Made by a program: the position numbers and the translations under genes
NCBI GenBank assembly: GCA_965240325.2
Contig: OZ251246.1
Location: forward strand, 930,001-994,000
Reading direction: 5' to 3'
From: Rebecca billardiae RCC1528
Lineage: Eukaryota; Protista; Haptophyta
DNA: 64,000 nucleotides
Part shown: positions 51,668 to 64,000 of the stretch, in pieces
Position numbering within the stretch: position 1 is the stretch's first letter
Layout of the letters: every line of letters starts with the position of its first letter
The notes under the pieces: model-generated
The model's input: only the letters and a program-made list of their open reading frames with translations
Databases searched by the model: none
What the model was told of the DNA's origin: nothing

Positions 51668-53314
51668 TCAGCCAGCCGTGTGTCGCCTGTCGCCCACGCC
51701 CGCCTCGACGAGCTGCGGCACCTCCAGCGTCTGCCCCTTGGTGGTCGAGGAGCGGCTGCGCCGGCGCATCAGCCGGGCGATCGGGTTCTTGGGTCCCTCG
51801 TCGTCCAGCACGTTTGCCGTCGCGCGCCGCGAGCCGAGGCTGGGCTTGGCTCTGGGCGCGGCGGCGGCGGCAGCGGCTGCCGGCGGGTCCGCGCGCGGCG
51901 GCGACTGCGCCTCCGGCGGCGTGTTGCGCCGGCTGATGAAGTTGAGCGTGTTCGAGCGCGAGAAGAAGCGCCTGGCCATCGCCGCGGGCGAGGCGGGCGC
52001 GGTGCCGACGGGCGAGGCGCTGCTCGCAGGCGCGTCTGCCTGCTTAGGCGCGGCGGCCAACTCCTGCTGCGCCGCGGCGCGCGCCGCGTGGGCGGCGTAG
52101 GAGACGTCGTTCACGGTCTTGTTCCGCGGGGCGAGGCGGCGCTGCCGCTGGGGCGTGTTCTTGGGCGTGACCAGCGGCGTCGCGCTCGTCGGCGGGACAA
52201 CGTTGCCCGCGGCGGCGTCGGCGGGCGCGAGCGACTGAGCCGCCGCCAGCTGCTGCGCTGTCTTGCCGTGGCCGCTGTCCACGTCGAAGCTCGTGTGCAA
52301 GCGCGGGCTCTCGTACGAGGGCGCCTCGAGCGCGCCCGTGCGCGGGTTGATCACCAGCGCGCCCTCCGTCACGCGCCGCCCGCCCAGCGCGCTCACCGCG
52401 GGCTGCTCGAGTGAGCCCGCCGCCGCCGCCGCGCCCACCCCGCCCGACAGCAGCCTGCGCCGCCGGTGCTGCGGCGAGTTCTTGGGCGTGTACAGCGGCG
52501 TGACCGGCTTCGAGCGCGCGACCGCGGCGGGGAGCGTCTGGTCATCGATGCGCAGGTCGCCCGAGTCCGTCGCCGGGATCCGCCCGGCGGGGCGCAGCGC
52601 CGTCCGGCCGGGCGAGCCGTCGGCGCGCGTCGGCGCCGTCCGCCCAGGCGAGACGTCGGCGCGCGCCGGCGCGGGCGCGGGCGCGCCATCTGCCTCGCCG
52701 TCGACGGACAGCTCGAGCGCGGAGAGCTGGACGGCGGCCCCGGTGGCGTCGGGCGGCGGCGCATGCTCGCGCGCCGGCGCGGTGGGGTCGATGCCGTCCG
52801 CGACAACGGTGTGCGCGTGGCGCTGCTCGGCGCTCGCGCCACCGGCGGGGCCAGAGGGCCGCTCAGCCGGCTGGGTGGCGGGTTGGGCGGGCGGGTTGGG
52901 CGGCGAGGGCGGCGCCTCGGGTGCGGCGGGCGCGCCCGTGTCTTGCGCTGCCGCGCCCTCTGCGCTCCCCGCCGCGCCCTTGCCCGCCGCCTCCTCGGCG
53001 GCGGCGGCGGGCGCGTCTGCGGGTCGCGTCTTCTTCCGCGCGATCGGCGGCTGCCGCTTGCTGCCGGGCACGCGGTCGGAGTTGTTCGCCTCGGACATCT
53101 TGTCGTCCTCGCCTTCGCTCTCGTCGCTCGACGTGAGCGTGATCACGACGGCGGGCAGCGTGTGCCGCACGCGCCCGCCGATCGTCGCGACGCGCGGCCG
53201 CAGCAGCACGACCTGCTCGGTGTCCGCATCGCACGCCGGCATCTCAAACTTGATCTCCTCCTCCGCGCTGCTGCGCGTGAAGCGCTTGGAGAGCATGCGC
53301 CCGCGCTTGAGCAT
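51668..53314 (-). CDS. Hypothetical disordered Ala/Pro/Ser-rich protein
   Basis: Intronless ORF with GC3-biased codons and Lys/Asn/Glu use unlike the shadow frames. Duplicated motif TPLYTPKNSPQHRRRRL / TPLVTPKNTPQRQRRL. Confidence 0.6.
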   Translation of the reverse strand: MLKRGRMLSKRFTRSSAEEEIKFEMPACDADTEQVVLLRPRVATIGGRVRHTLPAVVITLTSSDESEGEDDKMSEANNSDRVPGSKRQPPIARKKTRPADAPAAAAEEAAGKGAAGSAEGAAAQDTGAPAAPEAPPSPPNPPAQPATQPAERPSGPAGGASAEQRHAHTVVADGIDPTAPAREHAPPPDATGAAVQLSALELSVDGEADGAPAPAPARADVSPGRTAPTRADGSPGRTALRPAGRIPATDSGDLRIDDQTLPAAVARSKPVTPLYTPKNSPQHRRRRLLSGGVGAAAAAGSLEQPAVSALGGRRVTEGALVINPRTGALEAPSYESPRLHTSFDVDSGHGKTAQQLAAAQSLAPADAAAGNVVPPTSATPLVTPKNTPQRQRRLAPRNKTVNDVSYAAHAARAAAQQELAAAPKQADAPASSASPVGTAPASPAAMARRFFSRSNTLNFISRRNTPPEAQSPPRADPPAAAAAAAAPRAKPSLGSRRATANVLDDEGPKNPIARLMRRRSRSSTTKGQTLEVPQLVEAGVGDRRHTAG

Positions 53315-53878
53315 GCTTGGTGCCGGCGGCTCGCGCGCGCGCGAGTCCCGTCTGCGTGCGTCCGCGTGCGGCGGGTGCGGCAGTCCACACGCCTTTCGCA
53401 ACCACTCGCCGGGCTGCCCCGCGGAGCTCTCCTCTCAGTTCATCTGGCGCCGTCCACCGGAGGGAATCTTTGTGTCGAGGGCGCATCAGGAACTGAGCGT
53501 TGATCACGGCGCAATAGGCGCTCGTCAGGCGCTCGTTGATATGTATGGGTAAATGTGAGCCTGCGATTGGAGAATGGCGGTCGCCAATCGGCGCAGGAGC
53601 TCTCAAGGAGGAATTTCGTCAGCCGGCGAAGATGCGCGCGCGCTCGATCGATGCAACATTCGCGTCGTCGTCGCCTTCATGAGTCCGGCTCGTGAATGAT
53701 CGCCCGCTAAAATGAATATCGCCAATGTTGTGGAATAGGGATACATACGGGGGTACCCGAATGAATAGTGAGCTGCTTGCGCCTTGCCGATCCCAAGTCC
53801 GGCGCATCTCCCAGAATCTCTCAGACAGGCAAACGGCTGCATGCAGCATGACGCATGGCTCCCACTCATGGCCGCAGC

Positions 53879-54558
53879 CTAGTCGCGGTCGAGGCGGAAG
53901 AGCTCCGCCTTGAAGTCGTACTGCGTGTCGCGCGGCGCGGCGTGCCCCTGCGTCGCGCCGAGCAGCCCCGCCTGGCTCACCGCCCACAGGCTGCCCGGCT
54001 TGCTCGTCGCGCCGACGCCGCCCGCCTCTGCGACCTTGCGCGGCGGCGCGGCCGCCTGCCGGCACCAGCGCGCGGGCACGCAGTGCACGGCGGTGGGCGG
54101 CGGCTCCTCGTCGGAGCACGTCGCGACGAAGCCGAGCGCCACGTACGCCGCCGACGGCGCGATCGGCCGCCACACGTACAGCGGGCGCGCGCCCAGCTGC
54201 GTGCTCCACACGAGCTTGTACCGGTGCGGGTGCGGCAGCGCGCTGCGCGCGACCTCGGCGAAGCGCTCGCTCGCGCCGAGGCCGCCGAGGCCGAAGCTCG
54301 ACGCGGTCGAGGCGAGCTCCACCAGCATGCGCGCGGGCTGCGGCGCGCCCTTCGCCTTCGCCGGGTTGCCCACCGTCGACGCGTAGTGGCCGATGCACAG
54401 CTTGAGGCTCGCCTTGGTGAGTCCGACCGAGTCGGGCGCGGGCGCCCACACGGAGACGGCGGGCTCGGACCAGCCGCCGCCGTGCTGCGCCGCGGAGGAC
54501 CAGACCTCGGTGAAGGCGGACGCCTTGCGCACGCGCACCTCGAACCCGCGCATGTCCA

Positions 54559-54590
<32 letters not shown>

Positions 54591-54625
54591 GCGGCGCCGG
54601 CCGCGGCGGCGCCGGCCGCGGCCGT

Positions 54626-54658
<33 letters not shown>

Positions 54659-54822
54659 CAGGCTGGTGCGCCGCTCGTCGCCGCCGCCGCCCATGCGCAG
54701 CGGGCCGAGCTCGGGCACGGCGACGGGGCGGATGGTGCGCTGCACCTCCTCCAGCCCGCCACCCAGCCCGAGGCTCGCGAGGCCCGACGCGCCGCCGCCT
54801 CCACCCGCGCCGCGCGAACCAA

Positions 54823-54858
<36 letters not shown>

Positions 54859-57800
54859 TGAGAACGCCCCCGCCGCCGCCGCCGGCCGACGGTCCGCCGA
54901 GGAGGTCGTCGAGGTCGGAGCCGAGGCTGCTCGCGGCGGCGTGCGCCGCGTCGGCGCGCGCGAGGCCGAGGTACCCGCCCGCGCCGCCCTCGCCCGCGCC
55001 GCCCCCGCCTGCGCCGAGCAGCGCGGCCGGCGGCGGCGGCGGCGGCGCCGGCAGCCCGTCCGCGCGGCCGAGGCTTGGCGCAGACGCCGCGTCGGCGTCG
55101 ACGTCGTCCTCGCGCCTCGCGGCGAAGGCGGCGCGGAAGTCGTCGGCGCCGAGCACGCCGTCGCCGCTCGAGTCGAGCGCGCGCACGGTGGCGTGCAGCT
55201 GCTCCACGCTCAGGCTGACGCCGAGCCACGCCACGCCCGCCGCCAGCTCAGCGCAGGACAGCTGCCCCGAGCGCGACTTGTTGAAAAGGGAAAACGCGTC
55301 GCGCGCGGAGAGGCCCTTGGCGGCGAGCGCGCCGCGGAGCCGGCGCAGCACGGCCGCTTGCTCGAGGAGCGCGAACTCGTCGGGCGCGGCGAAGAGCGAC
55401 TCGAGCGCGGCGGGCACGCCGTGCCGCGCGCGCTGGTGCCGCCGCCGCCGCACGACAAGCAGCCCGCCGCCCGCGCGCGCCGCGTCCGCAGCCATCTGCT
55501 GCTGCCGCCGCCGGCACGCGCGCACGTCCACGAACCAGACCTGCCGAGGGCACGGGCGCGGGGCGGCGGGCGGGCGGGTACGGGGCGCGGCAGCGGCGCG
55601 GCGCAGGGCAGCGCGCGGCGCGGCGGCGTCAGGGCGGCGGCGGTGCGTGCGCGCAAGCGCGAGCGCACGGCACGGCCCGCGCGCACGCGCCGCGCGCCGC
55701 CGTGCGCGCGCCTTGCGCGAGGTGGGCGGCGTGCTGCGCAGCGCGCGCAGCAGCGAGATTGCATCTCGCTCGTCGTATTCGGACTCGGAGTCGACGAAGC
55801 GGAAGCACTGGCGCGCGACGTACTCGACGTAGTCGGGGCGCGCTGCCCAGCCGGGCGAGGCGTCCAGCAGCGCGCCGTGCGCGCGCAGCGCGAGCTGCGT
55901 GCGCCCGAGCCCGAGACCGCCGGGCGCGTGCGCGGCGATGTGCACCGCGCCGCGCACCGCCTCCGCCTCTGCGAGGGACAGGAGCACGAAGCAACGGCCC
56001 GGCGCGCCGCGCCGCACGCGCACGAGCTGCTCGCCCGCGATGCGCATGAAGTCCGCCAGGTCGAAGCCGTCAGAGCCGCCGCCGCCGCCGCCGTTCGCGC
56101 CGCCCGGCGCGCCGCCCGCCGAGCCGCCGAGCGCGGCAATCTGGGCGCCGAGGTGGCCGCCCAGCATGGCCGCCGCCTCGGCCGCCGCCGGGCGCAGCTC
56201 GTCGGGCAGGTCCACGTCGATGGCGCGCAGCGCGGCCGCGAGCTCCTGCGCAGCGGCGGCGCGGCGCGCGCGTGCGGGCGGCGGAGCGCGCGGGCGGCGC
56301 GGCGGCGCGGCGGCGCGGGGGCGCGGGGGCGCGTTTGAAGTGGTGGGGGCGAACCAACGCCGCCGCCGGCTGCGCCCGGTGGGCGGGCGGGCGGGCTGCC
56401 TCCGCGCCACACCGCCAGCAGCGCCGCGCTCGGCGCGCGCTGCGTGCCGCGCGCGCGGCGCGGCGCGGCGGCGGCGCGCGGGCGCGCACCGCGCGGCTGA
56501 GCTGGCCGCGGCCGCGCGAGTCGAAGAGGCTAAAGATGGAGCGCATCTGCGCGTGCTGCGCCTCCGAGTACTGGAACGTCTCGCCGCCGGCGGAGGAGTA
56601 GGCGGCGCGCACGCCGCTCAGCCGCGCGCGCAGCCAGCCGCTCGCGCCGCCGCCGCCGCCGCCCTCGCCCTCCGCCGTCGGCAGTTGCAGCTGCGGTAAG
56701 GCGGGCGCGCGGCGCGCGGCGCGCGGCGCGCGGCGGCGCGCGTGAGTCAGCTCCCGTGCGCGCGCACAAGCCGCCGGTGCGCCCGACGCCCCGCGCGCCG
56801 CGCGCCCGCCGCGCCCGCGCCCGCCCCGCCACGCGCGCCGTTGGCAGCCGCCGTGCGCGCGCGCGCACCTCAAGCGCCATGATGACGTTCTTCAGCCGCC
56901 TGTGGTGCTTGCGCCACGCCGGGTGGTACCAGTTGTGCGACTGCCGCAGGTACTCGGGGAAGGAGAGGGCCGAGGCCCTGGCCACGAAGGTGCGGTGCAC
57001 GGCGAACTCGGAGGTGCAGTAGAAGGGCAGGCTGGCTGCGCTGGGCGCGGGGCGGCCATCGGGCGCGGCGAGGCTGTCCAGACGCCACGGCCTGCGGCGC
57101 CGATGGGCCCGGGCGGCGAGGCGCGCGGCGGGCAGCGGCGTGGCGGGGCGGAGGGCGGGCGGGCGGGCTCAGCCGTTGGCGCGAGCGCTCGCGCTCTCGC
57201 TCGCGCGCGCGTGCACGCCAGCGGCAGCGGCGCGCGAGCCCAGCCGCGCCGCGCGGCGCAGCGCGCGCGGCGCGGCGCACGCAGCGGCCGCCCGCGCCCG
57301 CGCCCACGCGCGGCCGCGCGTGGGCGCGCCGCCTCACCGCAGCGTTTCGTCATCTCGGGAGAAGGGAAGGCGCGCTGGCTCCTCAGGCTCTTCCTCCTGC
57401 TGCTGCTGCTGCTGCACCTGCTGCTGCTGCTCCTGCTGCTGCTGCGCCTCCTGCTCCTCCTCCGCCTCCGCCTCCGCCTCCGCCTCCGCCACCTGCTCAG
57501 ACTCCAGACCGCCCGCGCCCACGCCGCCGCCGCCGCCCGCCGCCGCCGCCGCCGTGTGCCGGTTGCCCGCGGCCACGATCGCGTCCGAGCCGGTCTCGCG
57601 AGCGTCGCGCAGGATCGTGTCGACGGTCGAGAGCTCGGCCGCGTCGGCGAGGAGGTGCGCGTGGCACTCGGCCTGCTCCGAGAGCACGTCCGCCCACGCG
57701 CTGCGCAAGCGGCCGCCGGGCGCGCGCGCGCGCGCAAGGGTGGGCCGGGCGAGCGCGCGGCGCGCGCGCCCGGCGGTGCGCGCGCTTCGTGTCGAGGCGC

Positions 57801-57943
57801 TTTGTGTCGAGGTGCGGCGCGCGTGCGGTGCGCGCGCCGCCGCGCGCGCGCGCACCGCACGCTGGGCACGCCGGACTCGACGGCGAACTCGAGCGGCTCT
57901 CGGAAGACCTCCAGCGCCGCGCGCACGTCGGACACGCCCGTCA

Positions 57944-57991
<48 letters not shown>

Positions 57992-60900
57992 GGCCCAAGC
58001 GTCCGCGGTGCCGGCCGCTGCTGCCGTCGGCGACGGCGGCGAGGGCGAGCGGCCTGCGCTGCCCCGCCGCCACCTCCTTGGCCGGGCCGACGACCTCGTC
58101 GCGCTTCTGCCGCAGCAGCCGGAACGAGCGCTTGCGCCACACGTTCGCCAGCCGCTGCTCGTTGAGCAGCGCGTGCTGCATGCACTCGTGCCGCACCGAG
58201 TTGAGCACAAGCCAGGCGCACACCTCTGCGAGCGTAGGTGCTGGCGGCGCCGCGCCGCCCGCGCCGCCGCCGCCGCCGCCGCCGAGCGGCGCGCCGCCGC
58301 CGCCGCCGCTGTCCAGCTCGAGGAGCGAGCCGGCGGCGGCGCCCGGCGGCAGCGGCGGCGGCGGGCTGGGCAGCCCGCCGCCCAGCCGCCCGCCGGAGAG
58401 CGCGCGCGCCGCCGCCACGAGCTGCGCGACCTCCGGCTGCACGAGCACACGCACCGTCTGCCCCGCGCCGATGCCGCGCATGCGGAACGCGCCCTGCGCG
58501 AGGTCGCGGAAGGTCATCGCGTGGCCGAGCGTGATCGCCGCGCGCGCGTCGGGCGGCTGCTCGATGTCCGTGCCCGTCGTGTTCACCTGCGCCGGGCGCG
58601 CGCGCGCGCGCGCGAGCGCGGCGCGCGCGCGCGGTGGCGCGCGGCGTGAGGCGCGCGCGGGCACGGCTTGATCTCGCTCGATCTGGCTGGCTGGGCCGGC
58701 CCGCCGCCCGCGTGCTTGCTGCCGCCACCACAGCGCACGCTTGGCCCGCATGCGCACATTCACGCACACTCACATACACGCACGCACACACACGCGCACA
58801 CGCACACACGCACGCGCGCACACGCACACACCTGGTCGTAGTAGGTGAAGCGCTGCGCGGGCGGCACGCCGCACTGCGACAGCGGCACCGGCCTCGCCGA
58901 GCGGCGCGTGAGCACGAGCTTGTCGCCCGCCTCGTCGAGGAAGACCACCGCGGCGAGCGGCAGCCCGGACTCGAGCAGAGTCCGGGCGACTTCGAGGTTG
59001 GAGAGTCCGGTGATGATGGCGCCCGTGTCGATGAGCGCGTGCAGCGGCGGCCGCGCGCTCGCGACGCGGCGCAGCAGCGACTCGGGCGACCAGCCCGCCT
59101 CGACGGGCTCGACCGACGCGACAAAGTCGGAGGTGAGCACGTGCAGCACGCGCCCGTCGTCGCCGCGCGCGTACCGGCACTGCCCCAGCTCGAGGGGCAG
59201 CAGGTCGTTGGGCGTGCCGGAGAAGCCGACGCGTGTGGGCGCGAGCATACTGCCGCCCAGGTCCTGCCCGCACGCGCTCAGCTTGGCCTGCTGCCGCGCC
59301 ATCGTGACCGGGAAGGCGAAGTCGTGCAGGTAGTGGCCAATCACCTCTGCACGCACGCACGGTCGGGCGCACGCACACCCAGCGACAGCGGCGCACGGCG
59401 GCGGCGGCGCGCGTGAGCGGGTGGCCCCGCCCGGCGGAAGGACGGGGCCATGGACGGCGGCCATGGACGGCGGCCATGGACGGCGGCCATGGACGGCGGC
59501 CATGGACCGGGCCATGGACGGGGGCGGCGCGAGTTGGGGCGGCTCCGCGCAACGCGCAGCGCGCGCACGCACGCGCACAACCACACGAATGCGCACATGC
59601 ACACACGCGCACGCAAGCACAACCACGCGCGCGCACACGCACGCGCACGCACGCACGCGCACGCACGCACGCGCACACCTGGCAGGTTGCGCAGCAGCGA
59701 GTCCAGCAGCTCGACCAGCTCCACGTCGCGCACGTCTAGCAGCTGCAGTGGCGGCACCTCCGGACGGCCGCCCGCGCCCGTGCCCACGGACGACGGGCCG
59801 GCCGAGTCGTCGGGCGCGGAGAGGCGGAGGAGGTCGGGCGGCGCGGCGGGCTTGGCCGCGGCGGCGGCGGCCGAGAGCGGCACGCCGCGCACCACGCCGC
59901 CGCCCAGCTCGACCCAGCGCGCAAACATCTGGCACGCCGGCCGCTGCCGGTACGGCCCCTCCTCCTCCGCCATCAGGTCCAACAGGTTGAGCAGCACGCC
60001 GAGCACGTCCGTGCGCCGCAGCCCCTGGTACCGGTACGCGAGGATCGTCAGCCCGATCAGCACGTCCGGGTTTGCAAACTCGGACGCGGCGGAGGGCACG
60101 CCCTTGCCCACGTACGGGATCGCGAGCAGCAGCCTCGAGCGGGAGTTGGCCGCGAGGCGCGGGCCGCCGCCCGCGGGCTCGTCCGCGCCCGCGCCCAGCC
60201 CGGCCATCTCGGGCGGCAGCAGCCCGTAGTGCACGAGGCACACGCGCGAGACGAGGTGCGGCAGCACGTGGTCCACCCACGTGCGGCACAGGTTGACGCT
60301 CTTCGCGTGCTCCTCCGAGAGCACCTCGCGCACGCACCGCGCCGCCTCGGGCGCGTGCTCGGGCCCGCCGAGCAGGTACGCGAGCGCGTGCTCATCTGAG
60401 AGGCCGCGCACCTGCTCCGCGCGCAGCCAGAGCACCGCCCAGCGCGCGAGCAGCGGCCGGAGCTGCCGCCGCGCCGCCGCGCCGCGCAGGCACACACCGC
60501 GCGTGCACGCGCGTTCGCGCGCGCGTCAGTCAGAGAGAGACAGGGGGGCAGCGGCCGCGCGCGCGCGCGCCCACACACGCGCACACACGCCCGCCCGCGC
60601 CGAGCGCGCCGCGCGCGGCGCCTCCGCGCGCGCAGCGAATGCACCTGGTTGGCGTAGAAGCTGTCGTCGAGCACGAGCAGGTGCGGGTGCGTCTGCACGA
60701 CGCGCTGCGCCACGCCCGCGTCGAGCGCCGAGCCCAGCTGCCGCAGCAGCGCCTGCGCCTCGGACGAGTCGGCAAAGTCGACGGAGAGCCGCCCAGTGCC
60801 CGCGTGCAGCAGCGCGTCCAGCAGGTGCCAGCCCGCCTCCCAGCGCGCCGGCGAGTGGTCCAGCGGCGCGCGCTCGCCCAGCGGCCAGTTGAGCTCCGAC

Positions 60901-63900
60901 TTGAGCGGCGTGAGCAGCGAGTCCACCTCGTCCAACACCGTGACGCCCGTCTCGAGGATCTCGAGGATGCCCACGCACAGCTCCAGCTGCGACGCGGCGG
61001 CGTCGGCGTCGGCCGAGGCGTTGAGCGGCCGGCGGCGGCGCAGGCCGAGCAGGCGCGACAGCGAGCGGAAGCGGAAGCGCGCGAGCCGCGCCGACGCCGC
61101 CGTCGCTGCCGCGCTCGGCCCGCGGCCGTGCGAGGTCTCGTCGAGCACGTGCAGGCACTCGACGGCCTTGAGCAGCACGGACTTGAGCGAGGACGCGTCG
61201 GAGAGCACCACGCCGCACCGCTGCCGCGTGGCGCGCAGGCAGCGCAGCGTGTGCGCCGAGACGGGCCGCGCGCGCTCGACGGCGAGCGTGAAGACCGGCC
61301 GGTGCAGCGGGCCGACGAGCTTCTCGCGCAGCACCGCGCGCGAGAAGGTGACGAGGTGCGTCGGCATCGTCATCACGATCAGGCGGTGCGGCCGCGCGAG
61401 CAGCAGTGCGAGGGCGGGCCCGATCACGGTGGTCTTGCCCTGGCCCATGAGCAGCTGCTGGCAGAGCGAAGTGCCGGCCTCGACGTCGCGCACAAACGTG
61501 CGCAGCAGCGTCGACTGCACCTCGCGCAGCATCAGCGAGTGCGAGAACTCGAACGCCAGCAGCCGCGCGTCCACGCGCCGAGGCGCGCCGTCCGCGTCGG
61601 ACGCGGCGGCCGCGCCGCCGCCGCCGCCGCCGCCGGCCGGCGCGGCGGGCGCGGGCTGCGCCGCCGCGCCGGGCGGTGCGGGCGCGGGCGTGGCATAGTG
61701 GCGCCGCTCGCCCAGCGCCTCGGCGAGCGCTCGCGCCTTGAGCGCGGTCGCGTGCACCGCCGAGCGCAGCTCGGCCGCGCCCGCCCGGCCCGCGCGCAGC
61801 CCGTCCAGAGAGCGGAGCATCGCCAGCAGCTGCCGGCCGAGGCTGTCGCACCGCGCCGCCTGCGCCGCGCGCACGGCCGCCGCCTCTGCTGAGAGCGTGA
61901 GCGCGAGCACGTCGTCCGCCGCGGGCGCGCCGAGGAACGGGTTGAGCTCGGCGAGCAGCGCGCCGCCGCGCGGCGAGAGCGTCAGCCGGAGCAGCGTCTC
62001 GAAGGACAGCCCAAGCTCCGAGCCCGCCGCGCGCTGTAGAGCGTGCGCCGCCGCCGCGGCGGTCGTCGGCTCGTCGGCCGCGCCCGGCGCGGTGGGCAGT
62101 GCGGCGGCGAGCTGCGGCAGCGCGAGCACCGCCGCCTCGACGAAGCGCCGGTCCTTCTCCGCCAGCGCGCGCAGCGCGCGGCGCAGCCCCTCGATGTGCC
62201 GCGTCGCGCGCTGCAGCGGCGTCGCGTCCGCCGCGGCCGCGTACGCCGCGAGCTGCTCCTCCAGCAGATGCAGCATCTCAAGCCCGCCGCCGCCGTCGTG
62301 CGCTGCCGCGAAGCTGGCCAGGTCGTCGGAGAGGCGCGCGATCATGCCGCGGCCGACGCGCGTGCGCGCGAGCGGCTGCGCCGAGAGGTCGAACGGCAGG
62401 CGCGACGGCGTCGTGCCCGCCGGCTTGGCCGGCCGTCGGCCGACGTACGTGGCCAGCCCGATCGGCGCGAGCGGCAGCGTGGAGAAGGCGCGGGCGTCCG
62501 CCTCGGAGACCGCGAGCGTGGCGGCGTGGACGGAGCCCGACGCGATGGAGGAGGCGGGCTGCACCGCGCGCAGCGTGGCGAGCGGGGGCTCCGAGCCCGC
62601 CGTCGCCAGCTCGGCGGCGAGCGTCGTCGGCGCGAGCCAGCGCCGCTCGCGCGCCGAGAGCGGAGGCGGCGCGCCGTCGAGCAGGTCGGCAGCCGAGCCG
62701 CCGCCGCCGCCGGCCGCGCCGGCCGTGCCGCCGCCCACGCGCGCGAGCGCCGCGAGCGTCGCGGCGGAGACGCGCACCGAGTCCGGCGGCGAGTAGAGCG
62801 AGGGCACCTGCGGCCAGTGCAGCTGGCCCGACTTGGTCGAGAGCGCGCCGCGCACCTGGCGCGCGCGCGGCGCGTGCGCGCAGAGAGGGGCGGGCAGGCG
62901 CGGGCGCGCGCGCAGCGCGGTCGGCGGCGGCGTCGGCGTCGGCGTCGGCGGCGCGGCACGGCGTCGCGTGCGCGGTCGGCGCGCGCGGCGGCGGCGCGGC
63001 GGCCCACCTGCGCGAGCAGGTCCTTCACGATGTCCTGCCCCTTGAAGATGGTCGAGATCTTGAACTTGCGCGTGTCCTCGAACCTCGGCATGGTGGGCGC
63101 CACGTGCGGGTTGGCCGCCAGCACTCGCAGGATGGAGATGAGCGCGCCCTCCTTGTTGGTCTCGGCGGGCGGGAGCATGCGGAGGAGGGCGCAGCCCCAC
63201 GCGTACCCCGTGTCCGTCGGCAGCACGCGCAGCGCGAGCGAGCCCGTCATCAGCTCGTACAGGAAGAGGAAGCCCAGCGAGTCGCGCCCGCCGCCCAGCT
63301 CGAGCCCGTGAGCCAGCCAGCGGCGCAGCGCGCCCACCGCGGCGCTGCCCTCGAGCGAGTCGGGCTCGGGGCGGGTGTACGAGAGCGTGCCGAAGCCGGA
63401 GGCCCAGGAGGACTTCTCGGCGAGCAGGCAGGTGCGGTCGACCACCAGGTCGAACGCGCTCGAGACGCTCGCGCCCGCCTCGGGCTGCGCGGGCGGGCGC
63501 ACGCGCACGGCAAACGAGCGTGCGCCGTGCCCCGCCGCCGCGCCCGCCGTGAGCGCTCGCAGCAGCGCGAGTCGGTTGCCGATCTCGGTGGGGACGGAGG
63601 CGCCGGCGGCCTGCCGCGCGTACCGCTCGAGCAGCCGCGTCTCCTCCAGCGGCGACAGCCGGCACGCCGCCGAGAGCAGCGAGTGCTGCACCACGTACGG
63701 CTCGAGATCCAATCTCGTGTCCCACGGAAACGCCACGCCCGCCGCGCTGCCGCCCAGCCACTCGCCCAGCCGCAGCCGGACGGCGCGGAGGTCGGGCGGG
63801 CAGGTGGGCGTGGGCGCGAGCAGCCGGCAGAGGCGCGCGAAGAGCTGCGACGCGTCGGCGCCGTACGGCGTGTCGTCGCCGCACGCGGGCACCAGCTCCA

Positions 63901-64000
63901 CCGCGCGCGTGTACTCCGCGCGCAGCAGCCGCACGGTGAGCAAGTAGAGCGCCGCTGCGGCCGAGGGCGGGGTGAGCATCGCGCGCGACGGGTGGACGGA
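53879..64000 (-). CDS. 3' part of a giant DUF3638-like P-loop/helicase-fold protein with EF-hands and Vps62-like C-terminus; exons >64000-63008, 62855-60645, 60462-59679, 59346-58832, 58586-57856, 57700-57338, 57091-56869, 56690-56490, 56245-55712, 55540-53879
   Basis: LLAFEF...LREVQ, QLLMGQGKTTVI, VLDEVDSLL.PLKSELNWP, LAIPYVGKGVPS.ASEFANPDV, GFSGTP, ALIDTGA, YDQ|VNTTGTDI, RDLAQGAFRMR, Q/E-rich linker, EF-hand-like DSRGRGQLS and DSSGDGVLG, and VWRPIAPS..YVALG..AT. Nine phase-compatible introns, one GC-AG. Confidence 0.8.
59440..59523. repeat. 13-bp minisatellite (GGACGGCGGCCAT), about 6 copies, in an intron of the giant gene
   Basis: Seen directly. Confidence 0.9.

Noticed and set aside
1-64000. 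tRNA or rRNA genes
   Set aside because: None recognised by inspection; tRNAscan-SE/Infernal were not run.

Overview
Very GC-rich eukaryotic genomic DNA with short GC-rich spliceosomal introns (GT-AG, two probable GC-AG). Composition and intron style suggest a haptophyte alga such as Diacronema/Pavlova; this is inference and was not tested. Most long six-frame ORFs are GC-driven shadow frames. Genes reconstructed by hand: 3' end of a sulfotransferase-like gene, EMC3, a Hyp O-arabinosyltransferase (GT95) with a long C-terminal extension, a Sel1-repeat/MYND gene plus a decayed tandem copy, an Hsp70 with ATPase domain only, a CDC48-clade AAA ATPase, Serinc, GnT-I (MGAT1), an M12B-like membrane metalloprotease, RanBP1, a Ctr copper transporter, a PAO/TIC55-family Rieske oxygenase, a secreted RTX-repeat/Pro-Thr protein, and the 3' part of a giant DUF3638-like P-loop/EF-hand/Vps62-like gene. 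Mobile DNA: an intact young Ty1/copia element with an unexpected transmembrane segment, a Tc1/mariner MITE, a PIF/Harbinger-like element, and two foldback elements with ~400-bp TIRs, CAAGG...CCTTG ends and 7-bp TSDs (P/Galileo-like). A third 7-bp-TSD element carries an orphan ORF. Three of these elements are stacked in what was a ~170-bp divergent promoter between the Ctr and Rieske genes.
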